A DNA stretch of 64,000 nucleotides, from positions 5,208,001 through 5,272,000 of the forward strand of contig CM119371.1 of the NCBI GenBank assembly GCA_051294905.1, given 5' to 3'. The stretch comes from Botryllus schlosseri (lineage: Eukaryota). Under the pieces are notes generated by a model, which did no database searches, was not told the DNA's origin, and saw only the letters and a list, made by a program, of their open reading frames with translations. Positions 36,598-50,409 of this stretch are shown one piece after another. A program made the position numbers and the translations under genes. Every line of letters starts with the position of its first letter. Positions within the stretch are counted from its first letter, which is position 1.

Positions 36598-39500
36598 TTC
36601 TAAACCCACGCCGTCCCCGTTCTCTCTCAGTGTCTGCAGGCGCCCACTTTGAGATCCATAGATTTACAGCTATTATATTCTTTATTCACAGTAAAACTGG
36701 TGAATACACAACACACAATCCGGGGAGCAACCTGCCCCTAAAGGAAAATTATAATATTTAAGTAAAGTTTGAAGGATCAGAAATAGAGCCAAATCCTTAT
36801 GCAATACACTAACAGCTTAGATTACAGATCTGGGGTAGACACTAGATATTTTCGAATTACATTTTTTGCGACTAAAAGTGTTTCTGGAATAGAGTCCCTG
36901 TGCTCCGTAATCTCATGGCCAGTTCACTCTTTAGTTCCCGGCTTGACACTGTGGTATCCCCCTGTAAATCGAGAATATAGTTTTGGAGGTGACATTTTTG
37001 CACGATTGGATCGATTCAGCACGCAAGCAATCATAATGTTTGAATCCGATCGATAATCCAAATTGAGTTTGACACCGTACACAGTGTAACAGTTGACCAC
37101 TAATAAAGCAGACTGGGTGGCTCGTTTTAGAATCATACTACGTCTTGCGTAAAACCACTCGTGAAATTGCGCCTGTTTATAAAAATGGGACGCATCCGAA
37201 ATATATGCGACGGAAAGATGTTAGCCAGGTGGGATAATATCCAAGTGATTACGTCATTTACCTTCTTTATTGATTATGTTGAAGAATACGAATTTCTCGT
37301 TGGTCCCGTTTTTCATTTCTTGGAAGATACCCTTCTCGCTAGTCAAATACTGCCATGGACTTTCGTATACGTCATGCTTGTAGATAACTCGGTAATTGAA
37401 GTTTTCAACCCCGTTTTTGACACCTGAGTTATGAATAGCACTGGTTAGATAGTTGCGGAATATATACTGACTATATGTCATAGCAGCTCATCTTTTTGTG
37501 GTAGGTATTTATCGTGGATATATTAAAGGAGAAAATCAACCTACCGATGAATTGGCCTACGATGCAATTATATGTAGAGGGGTCGGTATCATATAACTTA
37601 TTTTATTATTGAATATTATTACTGACTCTTTGAATTTGCACCACTGGCGAAAATATGTTATCCCCACAATTTTGTTTGTTTCGACGGTGGGACGTAACGT
37701 CATTGATAAAATTCCCTTCCCTTTTCTACACCTTTGCAATGCCATACCGGACCTATATTCGTAACCATTAGATTTGCCTTCGAATAACCACATATGATAG
37801 CTAAACAATACCTAGAACTTAATCTGTAAATATAAAACCAAACTCAAACTTTTGGAAAAAAAATCGTGATTATAAAACCGGATACGTACTATCATAGTAC
37901 GCCTCTTCCGGGCCGTTCGTGTTATTCTGTAATGCCGTCCGCAGCATGACCATCCTATCCTGCCAATTACTCTGTTTGAATATGTTCCTTATCACGACCT
38001 CGGAGCATTCTTTTAAGGCGTTCCTTCCAACAACCACTGTAAAACATGGATATTTCTATTAATATTACCTCGGTTGTAAAAATACGCTTTCAATAATAAT
38101 GGCCCACCGATATCCTTAAATTTAGCAATATCATAATCGATCAGCTCGGGTCGATACTTGCCAGTCAGTTAATCGTTACGTGACGTCGAAACTAGTGCAA
38201 TTGTTATTATCGTCAGTATATTTTGTAGATTTATGTCGATCATAGTAGCTCACTTCTTCGTGAAAATAGTATTATATAAAATATATTTTTACAAATCGTT
38301 TACGTTGATTGGAAGTTCCATTTGGTAAATATCTGGTCCTTATCCTTATTGATATATTTCACCCTTTAATATTGGCAGGAATTATGACCTTAATGGTCAA
38401 AACCATTGTATTGTTGCATCGTTGAAGTGCAATCGACTGATGAACGATATGGGGTGGAAATATAAGAACACAAAATAATTTCCGGGTCAAAGGAATCTGG
38501 GCTATGGGGGTGGGCGACCGGAAAGTCCTGAAAAAAATCACCTCCTATAATTCATATATCTCCTGAATTAAGTGGAAAGAGGAATATCTACGAATTCCAC
38601 CGCATGCAGAATAACAATGACGCCTGCTTGCGATTTTGAAGGGGGCGGAAACGCTCAGCGGGCGATATGGGGGGGGGGGGGGGGCTGAAGATTCGCAGTA
38701 GATGATGTGGTAGTATAGTTATTAATTTTTACATGAATGTATTCCAAACAAAGCAAAATCTCATATTATATAACGACCCGGCGAGGTTGTAAACCGTAAC
38801 ACTAGATAGTATCATCCTTTATGATGCGATGAAGAAATATTCTGACGATTTAATTTTGCAGCTCTCAAAGGTATATCTAGTCATTCATTTCGTGCGCAAA
38901 GCTTCAAAACTTATTTTATGTACAAGGCTCTCTCACTCTCAAAAGTGATATACAGGGCCTCTTTCTTTGATTTTCACACGCTCTGCACTGCGGAATATAA
39001 TACCTAATTCGAAATATTTTGTTGAAAATAACCCTAGCAACCGTGACGGCAGTGTTTTGACGGGAAATTGGCGATCTGAAAGTGCGCGCAATTCGTTTTA
39101 CTTGAATTATAATAACCCACTACATTTATAACAACATATGTAGCAGACATCGTCGCGTATAGCGTGACCAAAAATTTCGGGATTTGACATGTTTTTGGGA
39201 ATGTTAATTTGCTCTGAATACTCGTTAAGGATATGTCCTGTGTAGACGTTTTGACGTTCTTCCCACGTAGCCACAATCACAGTGGCACTTATATTCGTAC
39301 ACTATACTACTTTTTTGAAGTGCAGGAAGCACGTCTTTGCGTGTTGAAGGGAGCAGTTGTGCTATCCTAAAAATTACATTGGTTTTGACTGAGTCGTAAC
39401 ACTTACTGACCGCAGTTTAAGTGTACCTAATCGATCATTGTATCGATGTCGATTCCTCTGTATACTAACAAAAAGGTGTTGCTCGATTAGAGCCCCAATT

Positions 39501-42500
39501 ATCCGCAATATTAGGCTTGAAACTGTGCGTCTCACTGAAAAACACCACGGACCGTACTGATAGTACGGATATGGCAGTTACATTTTAGCGTAATTTGACT
39601 GCTCCGAGCAAAGTGCGAACATAAGGTTTGAGTCGGAGAAACGACTTAAATCATTAGTCTGCGTATGTAATCCCGACTTGCTATATCCCACGCCGCTACT
39701 TGTTAACTATACGTAACCCATCTACCATTAACAAAATGAATTTCTTACTCATGTATTTCGCTGACAATTCAAATTCCGGTTCCGGATCTGCCATACTTGG
39801 AGAAAGATATCACAAATTCGCAATCCAGCGATTCCAAAATAGATGATATATCTGAAAATTGGTTTCCAACGGTTTTGTAGCAATATAAATTTATTCAAGT
39901 TCGCCGAAATGAATGAGAGAATGCTGCTTCAGTTAAGGCAGGGGTGGGTAAACTACGGCCCGGGGCCGCATGCGATCTGTGGCAACACTCTGTACGGCCC
40001 GCGATAACCGGAATAAAGTTATAAAATATATCAATAAAACACACAGTGAAAATTAAATTACAGCAGCGACTTGATTAAGCTTTTTCTTGACATATCTCAC
40101 CCTGATTTTAATGGACAATATTCCTATTGTGCTATTTCTTTCATTACTTGCCAGCGTAATACCCCCCTCGGGGCCTACGAACTGTGGTATAGATAATATC
40201 ATAAGTTAACTATCCCTTTTTCTAATGGTTATAACGAGAGTAAGTAAATGGTGGAGGATTGAACGGACACTCGCATTTTTCTTCAAAGTAAATGGTATGA
40301 AAAATAATACTAAAGAAATATCTTTGGAAATAGGTATTCCTTCATCATTTGAATACTGGTTGGATTTTCTACCCACTTCAACGTAAACCTAAACCGTAGA
40401 TAAATAACTTTAACCTTTGGTTGGATTATCAAGCTTCGCATGAATTTGGAAGTTTATGTAAAAATATGTGACGCTCGCTTTTCATATCGAACTATATCTT
40501 GAATGCTGATCAGTCCTTTTTAATCCTAATCTTCTAAAGACTGCTACAATATGGTCTAATGAGACGAAAATCGACAAATATCTTGATAGGTGAAAATAGC
40601 ATAGTTTTGAACAACCTGTAATCCGCTGCTTTCATCACAAAAATGTTATCAGTGGAGGGCAGCTCTCTTGATATGTATGGAAAACCGATATTTAGAGGGC
40701 GGGCCCGCTCGCGACGCTCGTCTTATCTCGCAATCGCTTCATGGTTTCCTCTTAGATAAAATAGCACTATTTTTTCTCTGTGTAACTCGGTCTAGTCTTG
40801 CCTTTTTCATGTTTGGAAAAGCTCTCTCGCTCTTTCACTTTCAGTTCAGAGCAGTGTTCACTAACCTAGTCAATGCTTCTTGCTAGCCCTTGAGCTGCCA
40901 TGATTTGTTTCTTGTGTATCTAGTAAATATAAGCCGGTCGAGAAATTTTCCACTATCATAAACGGAGACGTGTCTAAAAAAGCTTGAGAACCACTAAGCT
41001 AGTGGAAAATGAGCTAATGCAGCCATCGCAGCATTAAAACAATTGACGTTTTTTTGTTTGCTGTTATTTCATTATGCTGTTCTTCTTGCGATTGGCGGTG
41101 AAAAAACAATTCCATGCATCCCATTAACCCTGGCTGATGATGCCTAGTTTAATAGTATTTGCTAATACGGCTGGAATAGGTCAAACACGTCATTATGACG
41201 TCACCAGTGACGGAAACGTTTTTTGACCGCCTGCAGCGCGCGTAACTTATGTAGGTGGTACGCCAGCACTGCATAAAACCTCGAAATGGTTCGTGGGTGA
41301 AAAAAGGTTGGGACCCACTGGACTAGCAAAATACGGTTTTTTCGATTACTGAAATCATCCTCGTAACTTGAAGTTATTTGATCAACGAGAATTATGGTTT
41401 CGATACTATTTTCCACTGTGCAAGCCTTAAAACCTTGTTGCTGGACATCGACCTGGTATAAATGACCATTGTAGTCAGAAAAAACCATGAATACCTGAGA
41501 AAAACATGATTACCGCAAACAACAACAATACTTTGTACGACGGCATTGCATAATCGGTGAGTGTCCGGCTTATTTAGCCATGTCCGTCGTAAGTGCAATC
41601 TATGACCGTGTCAGACACAACGACTTCGGCGTAAAACTAGCATCTTAGATGAAGTCAGAATTCCGGGATAACATGAAGGAGAAATATGTTGAAGCGGACT
41701 CGATAAACTCTCTTTCACTCCTTGTTACCTTTGCAACCAAATATGCAGGTAAAAGTCTAGCCCGACACCACGGCTGGAGTCTGACTGTCATCTCACAACA
41801 AAGATGCAACGACGGCTTTATGCAATTATGCTGACAGTCAAAAGCAGACACGGCATGTGTTATTGACTTATTCTACAAAGTCCCACCACGGCAGGAAATG
41901 CTGAGTTACATAGTTTCGCTTTGAGTATAGGCTCTTTCTTCAGTTCATTCAATTATAAAGATTGTAGGATGGCGCGACGACCCATTTATCTCGGTTGAAA
42001 TTTGTCACGCTTGTCTTTGCGTAGTACAATTCAGTTCGCGGAAATCCGATTGCCCTATTCTACATGTAAATGTATAGGCGGTTTCGGGACTGCGTGGACA
42101 AATTGAATAGCTTAAAAGGTGTAATAATATTAGAGCCAAATGAATGAAATCTTGTATACTACGGAAAACTATCAATTTATCCATTATTGAATAGCATGAA
42201 AGAAGGTAAATGCTGAGATCCTGTTTCGTTTCGAGTGTGGGCGCTTTTTCATTTCAATCGATCAACAAACATCGATACATCAGCGGTTTTATTATTTATT
42301 AGAGATGTGCCTAGTCAAACCAGCGATGCAGAATTTTACGCGATTCGACAATATTCAATCTATTACCGATTTTATTGTTGATATTTTCATGATGATTATT
42401 AAGGCCACTTAAACATTAGAGTCATATTATTTTCCAAGCAACAGTAAGTCGTGACATTAATATTAACACAAAAACTGCACCCCTATGAAGTAGATTAGGA

Positions 42501-43372
42501 AAGCTATGAAGTCATATAAAGTCATATATTGCTGGTTATGTCGTAAATCGGATTTTCAAGTTATCAAGTCATGTCATCGTTTACTTTAAATAACAAGTAC
42601 CAATTTAAGCGGTGAAGCAATTGAGAAAGTTTGGCAATTTATGATTGAGCGAAGACAAACTGTAGGATTAGCCTATACATAACCATTACATTACACAGAG
42701 CTATATATTATGTGGTCTTACATAGCTTTGTGTTGCAACACAATCTGTTATACTTCTGTGCATTGAAGTGGGGCCGCATTTAGATTACTTATGTTGGCTA
42801 CGGCCGCATTCTAGTGCATAGTCGCAATGAACTAACTGGAGGCCAAATACCCACGTTAAACTGTCCATGCTCAATGAGCTCATTGCTCATTGCCGATGAA
42901 CTCCGGATTAATGTATTTACTGATACCGGCTTACTATGCGCACCAGAGTCGTAGGTAGTCATTTTATGAATGATCAGAGGTTATTATTATTGATGAAAAG
43001 ATGAGTGACGCTTTTCGCCTGTAAGGCCAGGTGCGTCACGGACTAGAATGAGCGATTTACCAAAATATGGGCAAGAACCGATTTACAAGTAAGTACCACA
43101 AGATATAACAAATTCTGCAACATGGGATAACATTTCGAGGATGATCAGTAGATTTTCGAGTGTTGCAGTGATTTTGAGCTCGCGCGCCCTGTCGAATAAA
43201 AAGTTCCTATGAAAATCATATCGATTGCACTGCAGCAAAAAATGCTCGACTGTTTCAGGTACTGTCCAATGGTCGCATAGGTCGGTGTCGCTACATCCAA
43301 TTTTATATAGATGCGCTTTCAGGCGGCAATGGCCTGAACGAAGCCGAAATATTATTCGTTCGTAAAGCCTAT

Positions 43373-46300
43373 GGCCCTTTTCATACCGGGGTTCCGGGAA
43401 TAACATTTCTCGAAAATGTTTACCGGAACCCCTCTATGTGAACATAACATCGGTTTTTCGGGGCGGTATGAACGCGCTTATTTTCGGAGATTTTTACGGG
43501 ACCGACTGAGTATGAACACGAATGGCGCAGCTGGGTTCGCGGAACGCTGTCAATCAAAATTTTAGTTACGGTAACTCGCTGTTCATTCAGGCTGCTTGTA
43601 TATCGAGGTCAGCTACCTGCGGCATTTTGATCTTGTGTAATGGTGTTGGGAATGCATTATTCTTGGATTTATATTCTGTATGCTCACAATACGTAGTCAC
43701 TGACTACTAGTCAGCTCATTTTTTCTGTGGTTTTGTAAACAGAGCACGGCTTAAAAGGTAGAACACTATCTCCAAATGATGCAGCATTGGGTGAGTTGCC
43801 TGAAAACTTTGAGACTTCTACACTAATTTGGTAGGCGATCTTAACCCTTACCAAATTTGTTACATCAAAGGCAAGTTTCTAACCACGGATGCTGTGCGTA
43901 GGTTAGTCACCATCATATACGCCTACTGAAAAGGGGATTTAGTAACATCTGCTTTGATAGTAGTGGCAGCTCATCAGAGAATGATGTCCTTAGCTCTGAA
44001 TCACTAACCAAAATTGAAATTGTACGAACGGGCTGGTAAACCATCATCCAAGCCATAATTTGGTTTTCACATATGCCTTCATTTTCTTGTTACAACCAAG
44101 TCATTCCTTTGTCACACAATGTTAGGCAAGTGTAACTTAATCTGATTTTTTCGCAGGTCTAGATGGAGGATACTGATGAAAAAGATGGACCTGTCCAAGT
44201 GTGCATCAAGTTATAGTTTCTCTCATGAATAAAATGAAACAGCACAAACACATCTCGTTAAGCAAGAGCCTGTTTATTGAGAAATTCACACAGGGCATTT
44301 CCGACGTCTGGGCCAGCGATATTTGGATCACCACCAGGTCTTGGCTTCATTGCGTATACCATCTGTATCATTCTGGCCTTAGCGGATTGCAGTTTCTGAG
44401 CTTAGCCGAAAACCGCGCCTTCAGTCGACCAAAATCTTTCAACCTTCATGTGTGCTTTGCTACGTTTCTGAAAAAGCAATTGTGAATTTTACGGGCAGCA
44501 GATAGGAAATTTATATTACATATTTGAAATTAGCTTTAGCTTATGCTCTGTTTGTGTTTCAGGGAAAAGGCTTTGTGAGCTGTGTCATCATGTTATGTAG
44601 GCTAGTACTGAACCCTCTGGCTCCCAATCATGAAGTCATCCTGAAAAACTTGAATGCAGCAAATGCATGTTTGGTACAAATGTTGCTGTGGTAATTTTTT
44701 ATCCACCCACAACACTCAAGACTTGTACTGTGTACTGGAATTTCAAAATGCGCAACATTAACTACTCAATTTTTAAACTAGCAACTAGAACAGGGGTGGC
44801 CAGCCTTTTCAGCCAAATCGCCACATTCGATTGACGAACTATTCTGCGGGCCACTAGCCGCGCCAAGTGCGAAAATTTTTTGAAGTTGATAAATTTATAA
44901 TATTGTCACCCCACTATATTGCAAGCCTGATGCATATTGTTGGGCTCAGTTTGCAAGGACTGGACTATTCAGCACCTGGACATATCGATATCGAAAGCTT
45001 CGTCCAACATGCGGCAATCATTTTGTGCCTAGGTTTCATAGTCGACGGTCTTTCTGCGAGTGCTAACGGGAGGTCGCGAATATATATATAGTTAGACTCA
45101 ATCCGCTACATTAGGCGTTCTTTCATTTTCACGAAGGGGTAACAATATTAAAAGCAAGAAATCGAGTGACAAGATGTTGCGCTAAGCGTGCAGAAAATTT
45201 TTACTTTTGATAAATCTATCGCAAGTATTCTGCTTTATTGTAGTGTGCGAAGATCTACCAAAATGTGACTGGCTCATGGATCCACCAATGCATCGGAACT
45301 GATATTTCAGTCATCACATCTCGAGTGTTGCGGCCAGACAAATCAAATTTTTGATTGGCCTTGCAAGTTCACAATCTGTGCAATCCATTTTTGATAATAC
45401 TACTAATTTCGGAAATTAACTCACGTGCCACGGGCTGGCCGACCCTGAACTAGAACCATCAACTTTTCAAAATCTGCAATTAGAACTAGAACTACTCACT
45501 TTCAAATATCCGCAACTAGAACCAAAAACTATTCACTTTTTCAAATCCACAACTAGAACTACTTAGTTTTAGTAACTAAAATTAACTGAGTAGGTTGATG
45601 TACAAATGTACAATGCAGCCTACATGTCTGACTACACTACAAAAAATATACAAATTTGGTCTCATTTTCAGCAATTTCAGTCCTAATAAGTGAGCAGGGT
45701 TGTAACCAAGTCACAAGTCGATCCCACTTCAATAGTTTTGACTAGATTCAAGTCAATCCATTTTCAATTTACCACCGTGTCAAATCCGAGTCCAACTCAT
45801 CGAGCAGAGCGTCGAGTTCGAGACATGGTTTTATGACTCGAGTCCAAGTCATTGTGTTGACTGCTCAGTTTCCAGTTTAAAAGTCTATCTTCCATCAATT
45901 TGGGTCTTACTTTCGAGATAGAAAGTAGCCTACTTGGCAAGAACAATTGGTCTTTCAGACTTCTTTTTCAAACATAATGATTCAAGACCAAGATTGTCTG
46001 ACCTTTTTGTAGTGGTATGCTACGCAAAAACTGGCTGACGTTCCGCCATGACAAATATAGAAATATTACGATGCACTAGGGTTGGGCAAAATCGAGTGCC
46101 TGAGTGATTCGATTCTGAATCACTTATTACACTTCGATTCGAGTCGAGTATCATCATGATGACATCACAACACAATGTACTATGCCAAAATTTAAGTGTG
46201 TAGGCTACCTTTTATGCCACCATAAAAAACATAACGCCTATTGTCCGTCACATTAAAGATACTTTGTTTTTATCGACCATACCATTTTCATTGCACTGCT

Positions 46301-47378
46301 TGACTTTTATGGCCATGAGATGGTCCTGACTTCGGAAATGTGTTATTTCCAGCAACGTTCGTAGCTTTGTGCTATATCTCGTATGTTGCGACACGGCCAA
46401 TCAAGGTTTCAAGGCTTACTCAGTGGAAAATAGTATCAAAACTACGGTATAATTCTCGTTAGCAAATCAACTTTCAGTATAATTACAGTACTCGAAAAAT
46501 AGTATTTTACTACTCGACTCGAATAATTAAAGTTATTACTCGATTCAGATTCGAGTACTCGAATCATTGTGGCTAGCCCCACTAGGCACCAGCAATTATT
46601 TGTATTAAAATCGTTTACCTGGATTTAATAAACGATTGGCTTCATTGGCTACCCTCCAAAGAGCGACAGCTGCTCAGCAAGCAAGAGAAATTGAGTTCGT
46701 ATAATTTGCTGGCTGCTTTTCGTTATGGTTTCGAAGCTCGTCGCAGAGTACACCAAGTACTTCTCTCACGGATTTCTCGAATTCCCTGGATTTTCTGTAC
46801 AGTGTACATAAGATTAGATTTACCCAAACCATTATACAGCAATCACAACTGGATAAACTGACTTTGTCGTACGCAGATGTGATCGGTGGTTCTTTTCATT
46901 CCAGGACTCTGTCCTCTTTGCTGGCTTTCAGTTTCTGCTCTCAGCTTCGGTTAATAATATAAGCTAGGAACATGCTCGGTCTGTATTACTGATCCAGGTA
47001 TATTGAGTATAGAGCCCCATACACATCGAGAAGGCATATCCGCAACATCCCATAGCTAAAAGTTGGAGCCAACTTCTCCGCATCTCACAAATATGCCTCT
47101 CCCACATCGTTTCCCACAAGCATATTACAACTGGAACACCCCACAGACATGGTTTCGTAACTATCAACACTTACGGAGAATCGCGTTCATACTGGCCATA
47201 ATTTCCCGCGAATTTACCGAAAAACCGACCTGTATGAACATAAGTTCGCGGTAACTCTAAATAGGTATGAACGCGTTCTTTTCCCGGAACTGTTTCGGTA
47301 ATTTTTTCACTATGTGAACATCGCCTGTTTCGGAACTTGTTCCCGAAAGAGTTTCGTAAATCCGGTATGAAAAGGGCC
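43373..47378. mobile_element. 4.0-kb non-autonomous Harbinger-like TIR element with internal cargo
   Basis: Perfect 17-bp TIRs GGCCCTTTTCATACCGG; 3-bp TSD TAT at 43370-43372 and 47379-47381; TATGAAC/TGTGAAC subterminal motifs at both ends; excision restores the LINE frame. Confidence 0.88.
44791..45447. mobile_element. Buster-type hAT MITE
   Basis: CAGGGGTGGCCAGCC ... GGCTGGCCGACCCTG; perfect TSD AACTAGAA at 44783-44790 and 45448-45455. Confidence 0.9.
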
Positions 47379-48514
47379 TATGTCGATGCATCGATGGAAA
47401 GTGGCCATCAGTCAATGATCTATGGAAATTTCGATAGTGACCTCCTCGCTCATTTCGTTGATATTCGGCGTTCCAGGTCGCTCTACAGCAGTGGTTTCCA
47501 ACCTTTTTCGGTGGCAGGGCCAAATTTAGAATTTCAGAGTACGGCCGGGGCCGCACGAATACCAAGGCAATGTAAGGAACCCAAAATAGTGGCCAAAATA
47601 TGAAAATTGGCATTGTTCCGATCATTCGCTTGACGCCATTGGTCATTGTGTTGCCGCGTTCCCGATGTTCAGAACAATCAACCTTTGCTGGCTATTTCGG
47701 AGTAGTTTTATTGCCGATTCGTATTTTTGGAATCAGTGCGACACTTGCTTTCGATGAACACCGACATATCAAATTATTCGGACGCTTGGTTCGCGAGCTA
47801 TAGGACTACCAATTATGCTGCTTTTTGCAGGCTAAGCAGTACGCATCTCGGCGTATTCAATCGTGAGTCACTTGTTATACATCTATCCGTAAATTAGTTA
47901 TCAATACCCAGGACCGTAGCAGCACTTCGTCAGCACCCCCAAAAAACGTTTCCCTTGGGCCCCCCCTCCCATAGGGTGATAAACAGAACTTCGAAGCCCC
48001 CAGACCCCCTCAGGCTAGATGGCTGTTTACCGCTATTTATCATCTAAATCGGGTGTTCGTTTTAGGCAGCTTCTCTTGACTAATCGCGCGAAGCGCGAAA
48101 AACTTCTGTAATTCATGATTGAATCGGTCAATATAATCGGGAATTGCATATATATTGGTATCAATTCTGATCCTCTCTCTGCTCACGTAATCAGATTGAC
48201 TGGTTGAGCAGAGTGAGTTGTGTTTGATAAGGTAGGACCACTCAATAATAATTAAACATCTTCGGGCGTATACCCGTTGGCAAGAACGAAACAGCACTTC
48301 GTCAGGCCCCCCAAAACACTTAGGTCTTGAGCTCCCATAGGGTGATAAACCGATCCCCTGTGCCGTTATTCGCTTCTGCCACGAAATCAGGATCCCCGTT
48401 CCCCGTTTGCATTCGCAACACAGCTTGACTCGAGTCAAGTCGAGTTACGCGATTTTTGAAAGCAAGCTCAGTCACTCGATATTTGAATGTGACTCAGTCA
48501 CAGACAGAACATAC

Positions 48515-48640
48515 CTTTTGATAAGATCGCAAGCTGCAGGCGATGTATTTTGCGGAATATCGTATTCGCTCTTTTCAATATTCGAGGTTTCCTGCAACGT
48601 CTGGCCTTCAGACGGCATCTTACCGACCAACAATGTATAC
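48515..48640 (-). pseudogene. PLK1: PLK1-like exon 5
   Basis: ccctag|YTLLVGKMPSEGQTLQETSNIEKSEYDIPQNTSPAACDLIKR|gtatgt versus PLK [43 protein letters not shown]. Confidence 0.9.
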
Positions 48641-50284
48641 CTAGGGTAAAGAAAAACAGGCATCAACTTACCAAGAGGGATTTTTCGACAACTAGCTAAT
48701 TCTAGTTGTCTAACTAGACTAATTAGAACAAAATGTCGGTCACCTAATTCTAATCTAATTAACGAAATATTTCTATGCTCTTATTTCAATTCTAACGTTA
48801 TATTTGGTTTTGCTGTAAATGCTACAGTAGAGCTTTAACTACGGAACAAGCCAAGGTTGGCGTATAGACGTTTTCTATTCTCATCATTAGAATGAACTCT
48901 GATTAGATATCAACTTGATTATTGTCCAAGTCATCGCGAATTCAGCAATTCTAATCTAATTAAGAAAAAAAACTTTATTCAAGCAATCATTCTAATTCTA
49001 ATATAATTCAGAAAAGTTGAAAATTTATCAATGAGGATCATAGTTTTGATAATTTCCACAGAGGTAGGCCGTACACCTTGATTGGTCATATCGCATACGT
49101 CTTGATCGACCCACAGCATTGTCACAAAGTGTAACGGAACAGGTATGGCAGAAATGCAATAAACTTATCCCAAATGTGATGTAGAAGTGGCAATATATTC
49201 TTTGTGATCTCGTGAAAGGTACATGGTTGAACTTTCAAAATCATCCGTGTCACGGCGTTATAATAATGATACTCGAATATTTGAAGCCTAATCGTCGATC
49301 CAGTATCAAATCAATCAGGCGATCGATCTTGCCCAGCCCTACACCTAAGACCTTGTTAGTCATACTTACATAACACAACCCAGTGTCAAGCTGTCATGCT
49401 GTTCACTTCAAAAATGTGCCCCTGTTTTCTCAGAACTTCCGGGGCAATATAATTGGGTATGCCACAAAAAGTATTCTTTGCTTGTCTGTCACAGTCGACC
49501 TTGGTAGTTGGCCGAGATTTCCGATATTTACTGTGTGATATTGTTTAGGAACCAGTTATCCAGCTGTCAATGCAAATTATTATGTTTAATATGTATAGCC
49601 CACAGCAGACTTGTACAAACTACCAATTTAGTTTGTTGATAGCAAACTTACTGTTTTTTAGTACAAGTTTTTGTTCTACTCTTGTTAAAAAGAGATTAGT
49701 TCTAGTTGTACATGTAAAAATATTTGGTTACCGATCAACATGTGTCTCCGTTTGTCGTGAATCATGACACCGGTGTTAGGTTTTGTGATGTTCTGGCAGT
49801 CATTGCTAGCTCAGAGTCATCGGTACTAATAGTGGCGTGGCCAGGGGTCGAAACCCCTCTCATTTCAAACTATAAATTTGTCCCCAACATTTCTTAGCTC
49901 ATTTTCAATCAAGTAATTTGTATACATTAGTAATTATACATTCTTTATGTTTAAATCGGTTGCAAGACTTTAAAGGTCATTAGTTCTAGTGTTAGCTGTT
50001 ACAAGTTTTGAAAAGTGAGTGGTTCTCGTTACGAGTTCTCAAAAACGATGGATTCTAGCTCTATTTTTGGTTCTAGTTGCGAATTCTGAAGAGAGTCGTT
50101 CTATTTTCAGTTCTAGTTGCTCGTTTTGAAGCATCAGTAGTTCTAGTTTTAGCAGCGGGTTTATAAAAGTGAGTTATTCTAGTTGTAGTTGCGAATTTTA
50201 AAAAGTGAGTAGTTCTAGTTCCAGTACGCATTTGAAAAGTATCCGGTAGTTTACACTAGTCCGATACCCTACAACCAAACTTAC

Positions 50285-50409
50285 TTTGATATCCGTGTGA
50301 ATGATGTTACAATCCTGGAGATAAACAGCTTCAGCAAAATCAGTTGCACATAATAACGAGTCTCTGGTCCCATGATGACGCGCCGTCTTTAGTAAACTTC
50401 CATCAGCAA
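50285..50409 (-). pseudogene. PLK1: PLK1-like exon 3
   Basis: cgtcag|LLMEVY*RRRVIMGPETRYYVQLILL..VYLQDCNIIHTDIK|gtaagt. Confidence 0.9.

Larger units (their letters stand above)
42981..47488 (-). mobile_element. I/Nimb-group LINE 3' fragment (42981-43372 + 47382-47488) split by a 4-kb insertion
   Basis: Rejoined frame WNAEYQRNERGGHYR...SMHRHRLYERIIFRLRSGHCRLKAHLYKIG...CD...ETVEHFLLQC (CCHC knuckle); (TAA)n tail at 42981-42991. Confidence 0.85.

Noticed and set aside
38100-38165. KYRPELIDYD resembling a calponin-homology motif
   Set aside because: Flanking CH residues are absent; a short match is expected by chance.
38669-38684. 16-nt G run / G-quadruplex
   Set aside because: Isolated homopolymer with no supporting context.
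40100-40900. Further decayed hAT transposase on the minus strand (DESSG near 40620)
   Set aside because: Only one weak motif after frameshifting; not enough to call.
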